Notes under the pieces: generated by a model
Told to the model about the DNA's origin: nothing
What the model saw: only the letters and a program-made list of their open reading frames with translations
Databases searched by the model: none
Assembly (NCBI GenBank): GCA_963737655.1
Contig: CAVTTN010000002.1
Coordinates: 4,320,001-4,384,000 of the forward strand
Length of the DNA: 64,000 bases
Direction of reading: 5' to 3'
Source of the DNA: an uncultured Planctomycetota bacterium
Lineage (GTDB): Bacteria > Planctomycetota > Planctomycetia > Isosphaerales > Isosphaeraceae
Shown: one piece after another, positions 61,828 through 64,000 of the stretch
Layout of the letters: every line of letters begins with the position of its first letter
Position numbering within the stretch: position 1 is the stretch's first letter
Made by a program: the position numbers and the translations under genes

Positions 61828-63243
61828 ATGTTCCAGATCCTGTTCGTCCTCAGCCTGATGGCCCCGGTGGCCCTGGCGGTGAAGCTCGGAGGCCGGCGGG
61901 CCCTGTGGATCTGCTGGCCTTTCGCCCTGCTGGCGATGCCGGTCTGGATGAACCTGGTCGTCGGGGCGCTCCGGCTGGACCTCCGGCTGGGCGTGGCCCT
62001 GGGGTGCCTGGCGGGCCTGGCCGTCCGGCCGGACCTCCGCTCGCGCAAGGGCCTGGTGATCACCGATGGGATCGTCCTGCTCCTGGTGGTCGTCCAGGTC
62101 GTGTCCGAGTCCCAGGTCGGCCTCCTGGGGACGATGACGATCCCGGACCTCCTCCGCCAATGGCTGGTGCCCTACGTCCTGGGCCGGGTGTTCCTCGGCT
62201 CGACGGCCGACATCGCCCGGAGCCTCCGCCCGGTCTCGCTGACCCTGGCGGGGATCTCCGCGTTCGCGGTCTTCGAGGCCGTGACGAAGTTCCATCCGGT
62301 CAACCGTTTCCTGGGCCGGACCTACGGCCTCCTGGAACAGGGCGAAGGCTACCGGATGGGCCTCAAACGGGCCCAGGGGATGACCGACCACCCGATCTTC
62401 TTCGGGATGATGATGGTGTTGTTCCTGCCCTGGGGGATCGAGGCGTTCCGCAGGGCCTGGGCCAAAGCCGGCCCGAGGTGGTGGCTGGCCCTGCCCTGGA
62501 TGATGGCCGCCGCCCTGTTCGTGTCGGTCTCCCGGGGCGCCCAGATGGCCGCGATGGCCACCGCCGGCGTTTCCTTCTTCTTCCACCATCGGCGGTTGAG
62601 GATTCCCCTGGTCCTCCTGGCCGTCGCCGGGGCCGGGGCCGGCTTCAGCGCGCGGGACCGCATCCTGAACCGCCTCCAGGAGATGGCCGGGGAGAACAAC
62701 GAGACGCCCAAACTCATCATGATCAACGGCGAGGAGGAGATCTACACCGGCACCCGCCACCGGGTCCTCCTCTTCAAGGTCTACGCCGAGGCCCTCCGAG
62801 ACGCCGGCTTGTTCGGCTGGGGCCAGCAGATGAAGGGGATCGACCTGGAGGACGAGATCGCCGAGAGGTTCGGCTCGATCGACTCGCATTACGTCCTCTT
62901 CTTCCTCCAGAGGGGTCATTCGGGGCTCTGGCCGTTCGTCCTCTTGCAGGTCGTCACGCTCGTCCAGCTCGGCCGGGCGGCGTGGCCGGGCAAGGGCCTC
63001 CGGGCGGGGCTGGCCGGTTCGATGTTCGGCGCGATGGCGGCGGTGGACGTGGGCCTGTTCAGCGTCTGGTTCTCGCCCGATTTCGGCACGGTCTGGCTGT
63101 TTACGGCCGGGGTGGCGGCGAACCTCGCTGCGCTCGGGCCCGAAGCGATCACGCCCCCCCGGGCGGCACCGGAGGTGCTTGAGACCACCGAGCCCCGATT
63201 CCATCTCGCCCCCGGCCACGCGCCTCTCCGAATTTCCTCGTGA
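61828..63243 (+). CDS. O-antigen ligase/Wzy-like polymerase
   Basis: About 11 TM segments; RAQG..HPI, SRG, FGWG, IDSHY. Confidence 0.8.
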   Translation: MFQILFVLSLMAPVALAVKLGGRRALWICWPFALLAMPVWMNLVVGALRLDLRLGVALGCLAGLAVRPDLRSRKGLVITDGIVLLLVVVQVVSESQVGLLGTMTIPDLLRQWLVPYVLGRVFLGSTADIARSLRPVSLTLAGISAFAVFEAVTKFHPVNRFLGRTYGLLEQGEGYRMGLKRAQGMTDHPIFFGMMMVLFLPWGIEAFRRAWAKAGPRWWLALPWMMAAALFVSVSRGAQMAAMATAGVSFFFHHRRLRIPLVLLAVAGAGAGFSARDRILNRLQEMAGENNETPKLIMINGEEEIYTGTRHRVLLFKVYAEALRDAGLFGWGQQMKGIDLEDEIAERFGSIDSHYVLFFLQRGHSGLWPFVLLQVVTLVQLGRAAWPGKGLRAGLAGSMFGAMAAVDVGLFSVWFSPDFGTVWLFTAGVAANLAALGPEAITPPRAAPEVLETTEPRFHLAPGHAPLRISS

Positions 63244-63766
63244 GAAACTCCGGCCTCGGGGCGGACGGCCCGGGTTCCCGGGCGTATAAGAGACCATGGA
63301 GGACGCCCTCATGCATTGGACCAACTCTCCGTCGAGGCAACCTGGGCCGTCCGGGGCATCCCGGTCGGCCGCGGACCCTCGGCGGTTCCCGAGACGATCG
63401 CCGGCCCCCCGGCGAACGACGTCTGGGCTGAGGAGAGAAGGTCCGCGGCGGGGAGTTCGCGGCATTTCGCCGATTTGGTCGATTCGACCAATCCTTGGGG
63501 CGGGAAGTGCCGACATGACAAATAGACCGGCTCGATCCCCTCGGGCCGGCGTCGTGCAAGCGTCCCGAACCGTCGCCGGAACGGACGACTCCGCCGCGAA
63601 TTGCGGCGAGTCGAGGCCGCCTCGGTCCGTCGTCCTCGCCGGCTTTCCGGCGAACCGTCGGCGGTGGTGGACGTAGAATGGCTAGTCGACGGATGGATCG
63701 GAGCGACGGCGACCCCGTCGGCCCGTCCGCGCTTCGGGTGCGCTCGCTCCGATGGAGGCCGCAACC

Positions 63767-64000
63767 ATGAACCGAGCTGGACTCCTCGCCGCCCTCGGCG
63801 TCCTTTGGCTCGCCCCGACGACCGCTCCGGCGGCCGATCCCGGCCCGCTGACCGATGCCGACCGCGAGCTCCTGACGACTTACGCTCGCGACACCTGGAG
63901 GTCGCTCGACGCCCTCGCCGGAGACGGCGCGTTGCCGACGGACTGCCTGGCCCGCCAGAATTCGGGCTGGGTCGCCGCCGGCTACACGAGCCCGACCGAC
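63767..64000 (+). CDS. Secreted DUF3131/glucoamylase-like protein, runs off the right edge
   Basis: Not in the ORF track. Hand translation gives a signal peptide then YARDTWRSL...LPTD...YTSPTD. Confidence 0.7.
   Translation, partial: MNRAGLLAALGVLWLAPTTAPAADPGPLTDADRELLTTYARDTWRSLDALAGDGALPTDCLARQNSGWVAAGYTSPTD

Noticed and set aside
63244..63766. Coding sequence or structured RNA in the ~520-bp gap
   Set aside because: ORFs are low-complexity shadow-like, and no recognisable riboswitch or RNA motif was seen.

Overview
A 64-kb, very GC-rich chromosomal window from a planctomycete, probably Isosphaeraceae-like. That assignment is inferred from the DUF1501/DUF1549-1553/planctomycete cytochrome-c genes, the CRTAC1 protein and the LexA type. 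Housekeeping and salvage genes: gluQ, prfB with its programmed +1 frameshift, nupC-punA, glcEF, glyA, deoA, upp, an lpxH-like gene, rnhA and lexA. A planctomycete DUF1501-PPC-DUF1549/1553-cytC/WD40 operon is interrupted by cargo genes (Uma2, an MBL hydrolase, and a YefM antitoxin with a toxin remnant). Also present are M1 and M28 peptidases, two GT39/ArnT-like glycosyltransferases, an NtrBC-type two-component pair, a MazF-type TA pair, and GH51/SDR/catalase genes. The right end is a divergent exopolysaccharide locus with two STAS proteins, apparent pseudo-enzymes and a secreted clan-A-like hydrolase. At least nine long intergenic inverted repeats of several REP-like families are present, including one composite locus that duplicates the 3' ends of both flanking genes. 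About 12 genes carry small indels that look like long-read assembly errors rather than true pseudogenes. No rRNA, tRNA, CRISPR array or transposase was seen.
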